Source: Neophaeotheca triangularis (taxonomy: Eukaryota). Taken from it: a DNA stretch of 64,000 nt. Shown here piece after piece: positions 25,478 to 36,720 of the stretch; the stretch's first letter is position 1, and the number at the start of each line of letters is the position of its first letter. The translations under genes were made by a program, and so were the position numbers. The stretch spans positions 186,001 through 250,000 of the forward strand of contig BAAIJX010000006.1 in the NCBI GenBank assembly GCA_054600435.1, read 5' to 3'. The notes beneath the pieces were generated by a model, which was given only the letters and a program-made list of their open reading frames with translations, made no database searches and had not been told where the DNA came from.

Positions 25478-26543
25478 TGTGAGTTTCGAGGAAGAGGATG
25501 CACACGCACGAAACGCAGGGCGTGAAGGACAGAGCGAGCATCACTTTTCTTTCTTGTGTGTCTGCTTTGTTTTTTTGTTTTTTTGTTTTTGTTTTTTTGC
25601 TGCGTTCAGAGCGATTATAAATTGAGGGGCTTTTATGGATATTGTTTCTTCTTTCTTTTTTTGGCATTCTTGATGGGTACCTTATGGGATTTCTTGTTTT
25701 GGAAACGGTTATCTTGGGTTCGCGGCTCAAGGGCTCGGGCGGTATATATATATAGGTATTAGTATGCGTGCTGTAGGGGTCTTTTTTTGTTCCTCATGTA
25801 GCTCCGTTAAGGTGGTGTGGGGATTTTGTGTGTCGTGAAGACTAGTATACCTACACGATTAGAACAAGGGGGATGCTGTATGCATAATAACGTGAGGTTA
25901 CCGTGCCATGACGACGAGTTGCTCAAATAAGAGCGTAGAATCTATGTCTTGCGTGCTTCCTAAATACAGCCGAAAACTTCACTCAATGATGAACAGCGCA
26001 ATGGCATCTCCCAGACTAGGCTCATAGCGACTGCCAAGCATTGGAAAAGATGCTTGCGTTTGCTTGAAGCGGACTAAGCTTCGCGAAGGTTTTGATGGCG
26101 GAGCTTGTGTTTGCTTCCTCGGCTCTACCTAGTATGCATCTCTTTCCTGACATGTTACTTCTTGCATTTTGTGTACCTTAAGGTACTTGTGCAGCGTGCT
26201 GTGGCATGCTAGTGGCACCCCTCATCGACTCCACAACCCCACCGGGAGTTCGAAGGCGTCTACTCTCTAGGCTTCCATAGTTAGTGAAAAGGCTATCTCG
26301 GCGCCAGTTACCCTTCAGGAAGGCGATGATTGTGGAGTGATCAGCCTAGGGTCTAAGATGGAAGGTCGTCCACACGACGCCGTTATACTCCGGCGCTATC
26401 GGTAGGTCCTGGAGATTCAATAACAATATAGAAAGGAGTCGCACTCCAAGATTCCATTATTAGTTCCAGGCTGTCCAGTCACTTCATGCTATCTCGTCTG
26501 TGGGGGCCTTCATATTTCATCGTCCTCTTATCATATCGCCATC

Positions 26544-28223
26544 ATGGGCTTCATCACTGTCTTCACAGCAGCAACAGCAGCCTTTGCCCTTTCGGCGTCT
26601 GCCCGCTCTAGTAAAGTGTCTCCCCCTCGCTCGAGATGGCAACATCTCCCTCCAGACCACGAATGGGGCCGCCATCACTACGCTTGGCATCATGACTGGC
26701 ACTGGGACCATCACGGACCTCCTCCAGGACCAGACGTGCACATTCCCAACATGGGCAATTCCACGTTCAGTCAACTCATCGACCACTCCAATCCTGACCT
26801 GGGTACTTTCGAACAGTTCTATTACTATTCCACCGAGTTCTGGAAAGGGCCCGGGTCACCCGTAGTCGCTTTCACCCCCGGCGAGGTCAATGCTACGGGT
26901 TATGCCTCGTACCTGTCCACGAATCGGACCACAGGCGTCACGGCCAAGGAGATAGGCGCGGCGGTTGTTGTCATTGAGCACCGCTATTGGGGAACGTCTA
27001 CTCCGTTCACAGAGTTGACGACGGCTAACATGACCTATCTCACTCTCGAGAACTCGATCAAGGACTTCACTTACTTTGCCAATAATGTCAAATTCCCTTT
27101 CGCCCACCATGCTTCCAGCAACGCCAAGGACGTCCCCTGGGTCTTCATGGGAGGTTCTTACTCCGGCGCTCTTGCCGCTTGGATCGAGAGCATTGACTCT
27201 GGTACTTTCTGGGCCTACCTCGCCTCCTCGGCGCCCGTTCAAGCGATTAGCGATTACTACGGATATTTCCTGCCCGTGCAGCAAGGCATGCCCAAGAATT
27301 GCAGCACAGATGTCTCCCTTGTCGTCGACCACATGGACGACATATTCACGAACGGCAGCCCATCGGAAATTAGCGCTCTCAAAACCCGCTTCGGCGTCGA
27401 CAGCATCGAACATGTCGACGACGTCATGGCTTTCCTCGAATGGGGTCCCTGGCTCTGGCAAAACAACCAATTCTACGCCAACGGCGGCTTCTTCGAATGG
27501 TGCGACTACATCGAGAACTCGGTCAACGCATCCAGCAACAACCTACCAGGAGCCGAGGGCGTCGGCCTGGAAAAAGCCCTCTCCGGCTACGCCCGCTGGG
27601 TGCAAAACGAGCTCATCCCAGGCTTCTGCGAAGACACTTACGGCTACTACTCCGGCGACTACAACCTCGAATGCACCAACACGTACAATTTCAGCAGCCC
27701 CCTCTTCCGCGACACCAGCCTCAGCAACACCATTGACAGGCAATGGCAGTGGATGCTCTGCAACGAGCCCTTTGGCTACTGGCAAACCGGCGCTCCCGCG
27801 GACCGTCCAACCATCGTCTCGCGCCTCGTCGACGCCAACTACTGGTCCCGACAGTGCGCTTTGTGGTTCCCGCCGGGCGCCAACGGCGAGACGTTCGGCC
27901 TCGCTCAAGGCCGCTCCGAAGCTGACACCAACGCTTACACCCAAGGCTGGTCTTTCACAAACTCCACGCGCCTCATGTATACCAATGGCGAGTTTGACCC
28001 GTGGAGGGAGGCGAGTGTTTCGGCGGATCTCAGGCCCGGCGGTCCGCTGCAGAGCACGGAGCAGGTTCCCGTTAATATTGTGCCCGGTGGTTATCATGTC
28101 AGTGATTTTATTACTAGGAATGGGGAGGTGAACGCAGGGGTTCAGGCGGCTATTGATCGCGAGGTTGCGCAGTTGAAGGCTTGGGTTGGGGAGTGGCCTA
28201 CGAAGCGGCATTGGCAGGGGTAG
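26544..28223 (+). CDS. Secreted serine peptidase, family S28 (559 aa)
   Basis: Signal peptide, FSQLIDHSNP, IEHRYWG, nucleophile motif GGSYSGAL, ASSAPV, WQWMLCNEP, NGEFDPW, and catalytic His in GGYHVSD. Confidence 0.93.
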   Translation: MGFITVFTAATAAFALSASARSSKVSPPRSRWQHLPPDHEWGRHHYAWHHDWHWDHHGPPPGPDVHIPNMGNSTFSQLIDHSNPDLGTFEQFYYYSTEFWKGPGSPVVAFTPGEVNATGYASYLSTNRTTGVTAKEIGAAVVVIEHRYWGTSTPFTELTTANMTYLTLENSIKDFTYFANNVKFPFAHHASSNAKDVPWVFMGGSYSGALAAWIESIDSGTFWAYLASSAPVQAISDYYGYFLPVQQGMPKNCSTDVSLVVDHMDDIFTNGSPSEISALKTRFGVDSIEHVDDVMAFLEWGPWLWQNNQFYANGGFFEWCDYIENSVNASSNNLPGAEGVGLEKALSGYARWVQNELIPGFCEDTYGYYSGDYNLECTNTYNFSSPLFRDTSLSNTIDRQWQWMLCNEPFGYWQTGAPADRPTIVSRLVDANYWSRQCALWFPPGANGETFGLAQGRSEADTNAYTQGWSFTNSTRLMYTNGEFDPWREASVSADLRPGGPLQSTEQVPVNIVPGGYHVSDFITRNGEVNAGVQAAIDREVAQLKAWVGEWPTKRHWQG

Positions 28224-29019
28224 ACTTATCAATCCCATGGAGAAGTGGGACGGTTGGTGAGAGGCTCGGATGCTGATGTTGATGGAGTCAGTGGTCCAGT
28301 ACCTTATCCTGGCGTTTCTTCCGCTGTGGTGGTGTCTTTTCATCGTGAGTTCCCTTTGCTTGAAACACATTGATCATTCGTTATTCCCGCAAAAGAGGAT
28401 AGTAGGTATTTTATAGGTCTTGCTTTATTGGCTGGAAACGCTTCCCGCTAGTTTTCGGCTGCAAAAAGATGACCCGACCATTCGGCATTTCTTGATGGTC
28501 CACCGACCTATCTTGCACCTGTATATCTTGGCGGACCTCTGCTCCTCTTTAATACAACACAGACTGTCAGCGATGTCATCAACTATCGGGGAAGCCATGT
28601 AGATGACCCCGGGAGAAAGAAATCGCCTTCTAGACACAGTGACGACTGCTGCCGACCGGGTATCTACAGCTCTTTCAATCGATGTATGGTGTCTGACCGT
28701 AACCATTGCTATATCTCGAGTCAAAGACGGTCGCCAGCTTCCATGGAAAGAACCGAGTGGCTCGGAGCAGGCCTTGTGACCGACGCGATTTTGTTTGTCC
28801 ATCAACGCCGACTGCACGATCGCAGAAAGGCTGGCGGAACCCGATCGGTACGGCGGCGGATTATCATATGGGACCCAGCATCTGTAAGCTAGATTATTAA
28901 ATGCTGACGGAAGTTATCTTGGAGTTGGGTATCGACCTCTCTCTATCGAGCGCCCTCCGGAGCCCTCTCTTCGCTGGTATACCTGACTGGCCAGGGTCAA
29001 GAGTCAAGGCGTCCCAATC

Positions 29020-30195
29020 ATGCGGCTACTCAACACAGATACCTTGAAACTACAAGACTTTCTCGAGGGCCAGGTCCCAATCTACGCCATGCTCTCTCAC
29101 AGGTGGGGCCGCGACGAAGCCACCTACAAAGACTGGCTCAAGAATCGTGCTAGGGAAGGCTTGAGTAAGCAGAAGATCCTTTCGCTATGCACGGTGGCTC
29201 AGAATCACGGACATGACTGGGTTTGGGTCGATACCATCTGCATCGACAAAAGCAGCAGCGCTGAACTTTCCGAAGCCATCAACTCCATGTGGACATGGTA
29301 TAAGCAAAGCGAGGACTGCTACGTCTATCTCTCTGACGTACCCTCAAAAGCAGAGGTTCAAGGAGAATTGGAATCGCTCGAGCATTTCCGCTCAAGTGAC
29401 TAGTTCACTCGGGGCTGGACGCTGCAGGAGCTCCTCGCGCCCAACAACGTAGTCTTCTTCAACGCAGTCTGGGAAATTATCGGCTACAAACAAGTCCACT
29501 CCATCGCAAGAGAGCTCTCGACCATCACAAATATACCCACCCGATACCTCCGCAGCAACTCTAACATCTACGCCTCCAGCATAGCCCAACGCATGTCCTG
29601 GGCTGCGAACCGGCGTACAACCCGCATCGAGGACACAGCCTATAGCCTCCTCGGCCTCTTCGACGTCAATATGCCACTCTTGTACGGCGAAGGCAAGCGC
29701 GCATTCATGCGCTTGCAGCAAGAAATCCTCAAGAAAAGCTCCGACGAGTCGCTCTTCGCGTGGCGGCACCCGCAAGTCGACGCTCTATACCGTACCGGCA
29801 TGCTCGCGCCTTGGCCTTCGGCTTTTGTAGATAGCGGACATGTTGTTGCCTCGGATTATGGCGAGACGCTGCCTGTGGTAGCTAGGAAGCCTTATCAGAT
29901 GACGAATAAGGGTTTGGAATTCAGTGCCGCGGCGGAACTTGTAGGTGAGGGGTTTGACGAAGCTTATGTCGTGCCACTGAATTGCTGGGAGCCGAGGCGA
30001 ATTGGTTCAGGGAACGATGAGGTAATGGGGCAGTGTGAGATTGTGTTGACTCGGCCTTTGGGCATGAGATGGGCGAAGCTGGATCATGCTGAGAGGATGA
30101 ATTGTAGGGAGTTGGGGGAGGAGCTGCGGTTCCCGCGAGACTCGAGAAGGAAGGCTAAGGAGGTGTTGTTCTATGTCCACCAACCGGGGCTGTGA
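29020..30195 (+). pseudogene. HET-domain (heterokaryon-incompatibility-type effector domain) gene interrupted by an in-frame TAG at 29401-29403
   Basis: MRLLNT...YAMLSHRWG..E...WVWVDTICIDKSSSAELSEAINSMWTWY...CYVYLSDV, then SD*FTRGWTLQELLAP (consensus W-F-T-R-G-W-T-L-Q-E-L), continuing in the same frame to MSWAANRRTTRIEDTAYSLLGLFDVNMPLLYGEG. Confidence 0.88.
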
Positions 30196-31003
30196 TGTGG
30201 AATGCGAGGGGTTTTGAGGGTCTGGCTTGGCCGTCGATGTTGCGTGCTCAGATTTTGAGGGTCATCGCAGTGGCGCCACAGGCTTTAGCCCTTATGTCAC
30301 CTTGACCGAAGAACAAGAGCTAAGAAGGATGGATTGGCGTCGTTTTGAGACAGCACGAAATGAGGTTGGAGTAAGGACGACTTTGATATGCCACTTGAAG
30401 CACTACATCACCTTCCGTCGACGACACGACATGACCCAGTATCCCCAACTATCGACCTTTTCTTCGGTGCTCTTGCGAGCTCATCGAAGGCAGAAAAATA
30501 GGACAGAAAACCCGTATCGCGATGCCCGAGCCATGAGTGCGGCCGAGACAAACTGTATCAAGACTTTTGACAGGGAACCCTGTCCATCGGGGAGACACTG
30601 GACGCTACCCACGAAGCTGCTAGAGAAGGCACCTTTTCTTCCACGTCGCGTTCGATTCCCAACGACATCACGAGACTCCCAAGTTCTCCCTGGCGATCGG
30701 GCCTTCCATGGACAAAGGGTCAGGCATACCCTTTGGGCAAACATTCCCGCTGCTCCTGCGATGCCGTGTAAATGTATTGCGCAGGATCGGACAGAGCCTC
30801 GTAAAATGACGAGCCTATCAAAGTCGGCGCGAGCTCCGTAGCTTCACATTCCAGGGAACTTCGTTAGGCGAATACGAGGGACGGGAATGAGGATCTTGGA
30901 TTCGTACAACAAGCACAGCCTAGACAATATAAGAGCTGTGCCTCCGCTTTCCCGGGTTGTGATATGCGCTCATCTATGGTGCTTGGCAACTCTGAAAGAC
31001 AAC

Positions 31004-34000
31004 ATGCCCTGGAAAACGCTGCTCGCGTTCGTCGTTATGGCCCAAGCCCAGCAAAAAGGTGTGTCTCATAATGAGCAAGAGGTTTTGCGCACGATAACGG
31101 ATCTTCTGGAGTAAATTTCATCACGGTCACTGTCTACGGAATATGCCCCACCACATTGTCTCTTTTCAGCCGGGCATTTGGGACCGGCTCAACAGCGCAT
31201 CACAATGGCTTACAGCCTGGGCACCAAACGCCAGGCTTCTCGATACCAGGGGCTCACACTGGTCCAAATGGCACTAGCAAGTTAGATGGATCCCAGATTG
31301 CGAATGTAACTGTTTCCGACGAGAGCGGTCTGCCGTTAGCTACTGCCTCCCCAACTTCATCTTTGGGATCCTATACAGAAAGCTCTGGCAGCTACACAAG
31401 CCAGCAAGACGGTGCTGAATCCAGGAGCTCGAACGTTGGCGTTTCAAACCAGGGGACTAGCCGTGCTCCTACAACGAGAACAGGCGACTCAACAGCAACA
31501 GCCGACTTGTCGTATCAAAGTGCCCTCTCTGGCTCTGGTAGCGCAACCAACCAGCCCGATGACCCTCAAACGACGTTGAAGGGTGTTTCTTCGAGCTTCA
31601 CATCATCCACAAACGCGTTGTCTAGTAAGAGCGATGGCCAAGCTTCGACGGTCTCATTCATCGCTACGGCCACCACAGAAGTTCCTCCGGCGAGCGCTGC
31701 AACCGTGATTCTGGGAGGGCAGACGTATACCATTACACAACCAATCACTGGAGCCGGCATTGTTATTGCTGAGACAACGATATCAATCGGAGGTACGTCT
31801 GCCATAATTGATGGAACAACCGTCTCTTTGTCGCCCTCCGGAGTCATTATAATCGGGAGCGATGGTCGAACTTCGACTGCTCCATTTGGCACCGCCACTA
31901 ATACGATCGTAACGATCCCGAGCTTTTCGGGTGACCCTCCCGGGGCTTCACCCCTACCAACTACAGCAGCGTCGAGTCCAACAGGCACACCACCTGTGCT
32001 CACGACATGGTTGACTGGTGGATCCTACATTACTACTATTATCGGCGGAGTAGAGATTATGGCATCTCAAAACGGCCAGCTTGTAACAACGCGCGTTGGC
32101 GGCTTCACCACAAGCTATCTCGTTGCACCATCATCTGTAGTGGCAACGGTAGCAAACGCCGCTGTCACCCCCTCCCAGAATCCCAGCGACAGCAATTGGA
32201 TCGCGGAGGCACGTATCGGTCGCTGCTCAGACTACGACAGTCTCTTACTGCAGATACCCTCACTGGCTAGTAACATGCGGGATTATATTCGATGGCTCTA
32301 GATCGAGAACCTTCTCGCGCCGAATGTCTAACTGGCTCGTACCCCGTGCCGCCTCTGGAGATTGTGAAATGCTTGCTCCGAGGCGGAGAACTGTCTAAGG
32401 TTTTCATACACCAACAACGAGTGTATACTGTTCGACTCTGTCATTGGTGTGGAACTTGCTTTTGGGCCTACATTCTCTGCCCTGCGCATCGACAATGCCA
32501 CGGTCGGTCCGCTACAGGTCAAAGGTGCCTAGAGGTAAACTGGAAGGAGGACGTTCAGACTTGTGCTTATCACCCTTTCAATGTCTTTCTGAGCCCCGGC
32601 AGCATCACCGCGTATTCGGCACAACATATGTGCTACCCCATGAACCCTATCTGCCCATCCGGCGATGGATCCTATACCAAAGTAACCCGGGCCTTCTCTG
32701 ATACTTGACTCGGCGCGGGTCCCTTTCTCTAATGCAAATCTGTGGCTTTACATGGCTCCATTTTTCGCCTGGACTGCAACGGGGGCTAAAATGGAAATGA
32801 TTTGGGAGCGTTCATGACAGATTCGTTCCAAGCCTGCCGCGATACTTGTAGCCAGCGAGGGGAGCTGTGTGCTGGACTGGTCTACAATCCCCAACATGCC
32901 GACAGTCCGTGCTTCCTGAAACACTCCATCGGCACAAAGTCGACAAGAACGCCAGCCGCGCTCGCTCTTCTGAAGACCGGTAGCACTCTCGCGACTCAGA
33001 CGGATTCAAACTGTGGCTCGACCTATAGGACCGCGGATGGCTCGTTGTTTGCACTTCCATGCAATAGGCGAGTAAGTATTTCGAACTTGGCTGCACAGCT
33101 TGTCGCGTTCCAAGCTTGTGCCAATTCACGAACAGTGGAATGGTAACGACATATTCAATTTCCGATGTAACACCTTCCGTGCATGTATTAGTCGGTGCGC
33201 TGTCTTCGGCAGCGGGTGCGCCGGCATAGCTTGGGATGGGGGTGAGACAAGATGCTGGATCAAAAGTGCAACGCCCGGCTCTGGCACAGAAGGCTCACGA
33301 CGCCATGCCGTAAGACAGAACCAGGCAACGTTCTCGACCGGACAACATTGCAGCAGCAGCACACCGGTCTGCTATCCGACAGCAGCCGCATGCCTTCCAG
33401 TTATGATCAGACTCTGTTTCGCAGTAAGCCTGCTCCTTTAAATCGAAATCTGCCCAAGACTGCCACTAATCTTGGCATGGAAGGCCTCGACGGATCCATG
33501 TTCCGCCTGGAGTACGGCGTCGAGTACTTTAAAAATAACCAAGGCTCGTCACTGAAGACCGGGAGCCTTCAAAATTGTTTTGATGTTTGCACTCAGCGTG
33601 AGGCAACTTGTGCAGGAGTGTCGTATGATACAGCCTACCCCGAAGACGACTGCTATATCAAATACGCACTGTCGGATCCGAGACCGGCACCGGCCACTCG
33701 GTCCAGCATGGTCCGCGTGTCTAGTGGTAGCAGCCTCGCTACTGGGAGAGAAATCGCATGTCCTAGTCCGGGGTTTCCCGACTATCAGACAACAGACGGT
33801 TCACTGTTCCGGATTGCTTGCGACAGGAATGTGAGTAGTACCAACGATTACACATTCGTCATGTTGATCTTCCCGAAGAGTTGCTGACTGGGCGCAGTAC
33901 GCCGGTAATGATATTGAGGTTGGTCGGGTTTCCTCTTTCCGGATGTGTGTCGAGCGATGCGCTGCGTTCGGTAGCGGATGCGCAGGGGCATCGTATTCAT

Positions 34001-34100
34001 ATACCGAGGGTAGGTGCCGGATTAAACGAAGCACGCCTGTCGAATCGAGCTGGTCGGGTAATGGGCAGTCTGTTTGCAGGGTTGGGATGCCAACCATATC
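31004..34100 (+). pseudogene. Degenerate secreted S/T-rich protein with four PAN/Apple-like Cys modules
   Basis: Signal-like MPWKTLLAFVVMAQA, an S/T-rich stalk (31156-32301), then four C-x3-C...CAG...C-x-(I/L)K modules (FQACRDTC..CAGLVY..CFLK; FRACISRC..CAGIAW..CWIK; LQNCFDVC..CAGVSY..CYIK; FRMCVERC..CAGASY..CRIK). In-frame TAA at 32787-32789. The 3' end is approximate. Confidence 0.65.
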
Positions 34101-34384
34101 GAGCGGACAAGATTGTGTTTAGTGGCAGGATACACAGACTCATGGTTTTGTTTTAGTACGTTGAGTGCCCGGGAAGTTCTCAATTTTTGGACGTTGTAGC
34201 TCTGATAAGACGAACTTTGACTTGACAGTGACCTCTGATGTTGAGCTTCCGTGGATGTTGCGTAGAGTGCGGTAGTTAGCCAAATTAGCTCTAATCGATC
34301 AGCGCAGGGAAAAATGAACGTCATTACATATGGAAAATGAGCTCAAACGCCCGGGGTCCACACACATCAAATCGACTATGATTC

Positions 34385-35254
34385 CTACGGAATAGAGCTA
34401 TAGATGGTGTCACCTTCCTTAGGCGGCTCAAGAAAATCGTTCGGCACATCCTCCGGCATCTGCCTTTCTTCAGCCCACCGTCTCACATCCTCAAAATTCC
34501 GACAGGTATGCCTAGTGTTGAAGTCCACAAAAGCTTGCGGTGTCTCGCTAGACTCCGGTTGATACCAAACTTGACCCAGCACGCCAATGTCGATAGTGCA
34601 CATCAACTCCTGTCGGATGATATCCAAGCAGTGCGAGACGTGCTTCTGCACGACGCTGTCGCTGTTGGTGAAAGCGCCTTCGCCCCGCTTGTGGTAGTAG
34701 TCGTAGTTGTAGTAGAGACTCTGCCGAACGAGGTTGAGACAGTGGAGGTGATGTAGGCCTTCGACGTTGGCTGGATATCCGCCGCCGTACTTATCGGAGA
34801 TCTTGACTTGGTCTTTGGCTAAGCCTATGCGTTCGGCGTCGGACTCCGGTACGACGAGGCTGCGGTAGCCGACACCTAGAGCTTCCCAGGCTGCGTCGAC
34901 TTCGGGGCTGGCGGGCTGTCGGTAGACGTTCTCATTCATCAGCGAGCCGTTGAACCGGACGGTGTTGTAGGCGATATCGACATCTTTGGTCACTGGGGAT
35001 GGCCAGGAGGTCTTGGCTATAAGGGTGGCGTTGTCGACGTTCTTCAACCAGTGGTCTCCGGCGAGAGCGCCTAGGAAAGCTGATATGCAGCAGAGCAGTG
35101 TGACAAATGCTATTGCCAGGTATGATGTCGCCAACGAGCTCTGTCGTGGTTGCGGTGCTGTCCAGGCTCGTCCGTCATCGGATAGCAGTTGCTCCTCGCT
35201 CTCATTCCTCGAATGCATTGCCCTCGAGGCTTTTTCTCTCATGCTTTCCAACAT
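34385..35254 (-). CDS. DUF3328 / UstYa-family oxidase (289 aa from ATG at 35254)
   Basis: N-terminal TM anchor (YLAIAFVTLLCCISAFLGALAG), PEVDAAWEAL, two HxxHC motifs (EGLHHLHCLNLVRQ; HVSHCLDIIRQELMCTID), and DFNTRHTCRNFEDVRRWA. Intronless. Confidence 0.95.
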   Translation of the reverse strand: MLESMREKASRAMHSRNESEEQLLSDDGRAWTAPQPRQSSLATSYLAIAFVTLLCCISAFLGALAGDHWLKNVDNATLIAKTSWPSPVTKDVDIAYNTVRFNGSLMNENVYRQPASPEVDAAWEALGVGYRSLVVPESDAERIGLAKDQVKISDKYGGGYPANVEGLHHLHCLNLVRQSLYYNYDYYHKRGEGAFTNSDSVVQKHVSHCLDIIRQELMCTIDIGVLGQVWYQPESSETPQAFVDFNTRHTCRNFEDVRRWAEERQMPEDVPNDFLEPPKEGDTIYSSIP

Positions 35255-36720
35255 AGCGATGGTGGAATGGAAGGAAGAAATATCAAACAAAGAATAAAGG
35301 TGGCAAAGTGAAAAGACAATCTGCGTTTTCGTGAGTGAGATAAATGCTGCAATGAAGATGGGGATCACTGCTAGAGATTAAGAGAACATCAGCGGAGGAA
35401 GACCATTCTTCTAAAGTTGTCTACATTCATCGCGAGCTTACGGATGGACTACCATAAACAGACATTCGCGGGCTGTCCGATCAGACGAGTGGTGCTCTAT
35501 CGTACTAACACCGACACAGCTGTACAGCCCACATAACTATGGAGGTGGCCTTGTTGGCTCGTGTGTGCGCAAAGCTAACATCAAGCTATTCCCGGACTGT
35601 ACGATGCTCGTAAAGCAGAGTTTGAACCTTCCTCGCCGCTTAGGCAGCCTTGATATAGCTTAGCTGCTAGCCCTCAAGTGATGTGCGAATAGGTGGCGCA
35701 AGTCATGCCGCAATTCTGTAAAAATAGCATACTGGTTTTGCGCCACAGGTCGTAGCGTAGAACACCCAAGAAGCTTTAGATGATTCCAGTATGGTGATAG
35801 ATTCAGGACGACGTTGGTGTTCAGGGCTGCGACGGTCCTGCCCGCTGAATTCACGCACGGAAGCCGTCCCCGTTCACTTCTTTAAACGGCTAAGCCCGGG
35901 CTAGACCGAGGTCACGTGCAAGCCTCTTTGGACCTCACCTCTTGCTTTTGGCTGCGAGACAGTATGGTACGACCCTAAACTTCCTCTTCAGCTCGGCTAA
36001 GCTTAGACGACTGCACTCTCAGCTCAGACCCACTTCAACGGACAGCTCGTATATCTTGTTACCAGCATCATTCTGTACGAGCATTGGGTCCGAAAGCGTC
36101 CTGATCGTTTATAGCGCAGTCTCGTGGGGCCGACCTAAATCAGACGAAGCTTCGTCCGGATGCCACTCAAAGGCAGATGGGGTCGCTATCATCCGGTAGC
36201 GCAAACATGGTCCGATATGCCTTGCAAGACTTGGATTCGTCAGTGACACCCTAAGGTTGCGGTCGTACGGTGACTACAGTCTCAAAAATAGCACCATTAG
36301 ATCGTTGTAGACGCAAGCCGTAGGGCAGATCGATGCCGCAACCCACATAGATACCCCACGGATACCATTCTTGTGGCGCAAACGGTTCGGTCGCCCCCGT
36401 GACACGAGCTGTCAGCTGTCGAGATCCTAGCGTCCGAGTGCAGCCAGCCCTTTGTCGTATTCCGGGCTTGTACGCTCATCCAATATACCTCATGGCTTGC
36501 TCTGTTCGGTTCGACCACCATAGAGCCTTGAGGCCATTGAGCCTGGTCTCGAGAACAAATAAGTACCTGCTCAACATCACCTCTCTCAATCTTTTTCTCT
36601 TCATCACAACATCCAACATCATCAGCACTCGCACGCACACCAACTCTCAAATCATTCTTATCACGTACCCGCATCGGCAATCTTTTCCACCCAAACTTAT
36701 CAGCCAACACCACCATCACG

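Noticed and set aside
27076..28131. 351-aa alternative-frame ORF
   Set aside because: Off-frame overlap within the S28 peptidase, caused by C-ending codon bias.
30227..30841. 204-aa ORF between the HET and PAN pseudogenes
   Set aside because: Non-ATG start and no recognisable protein-like features.
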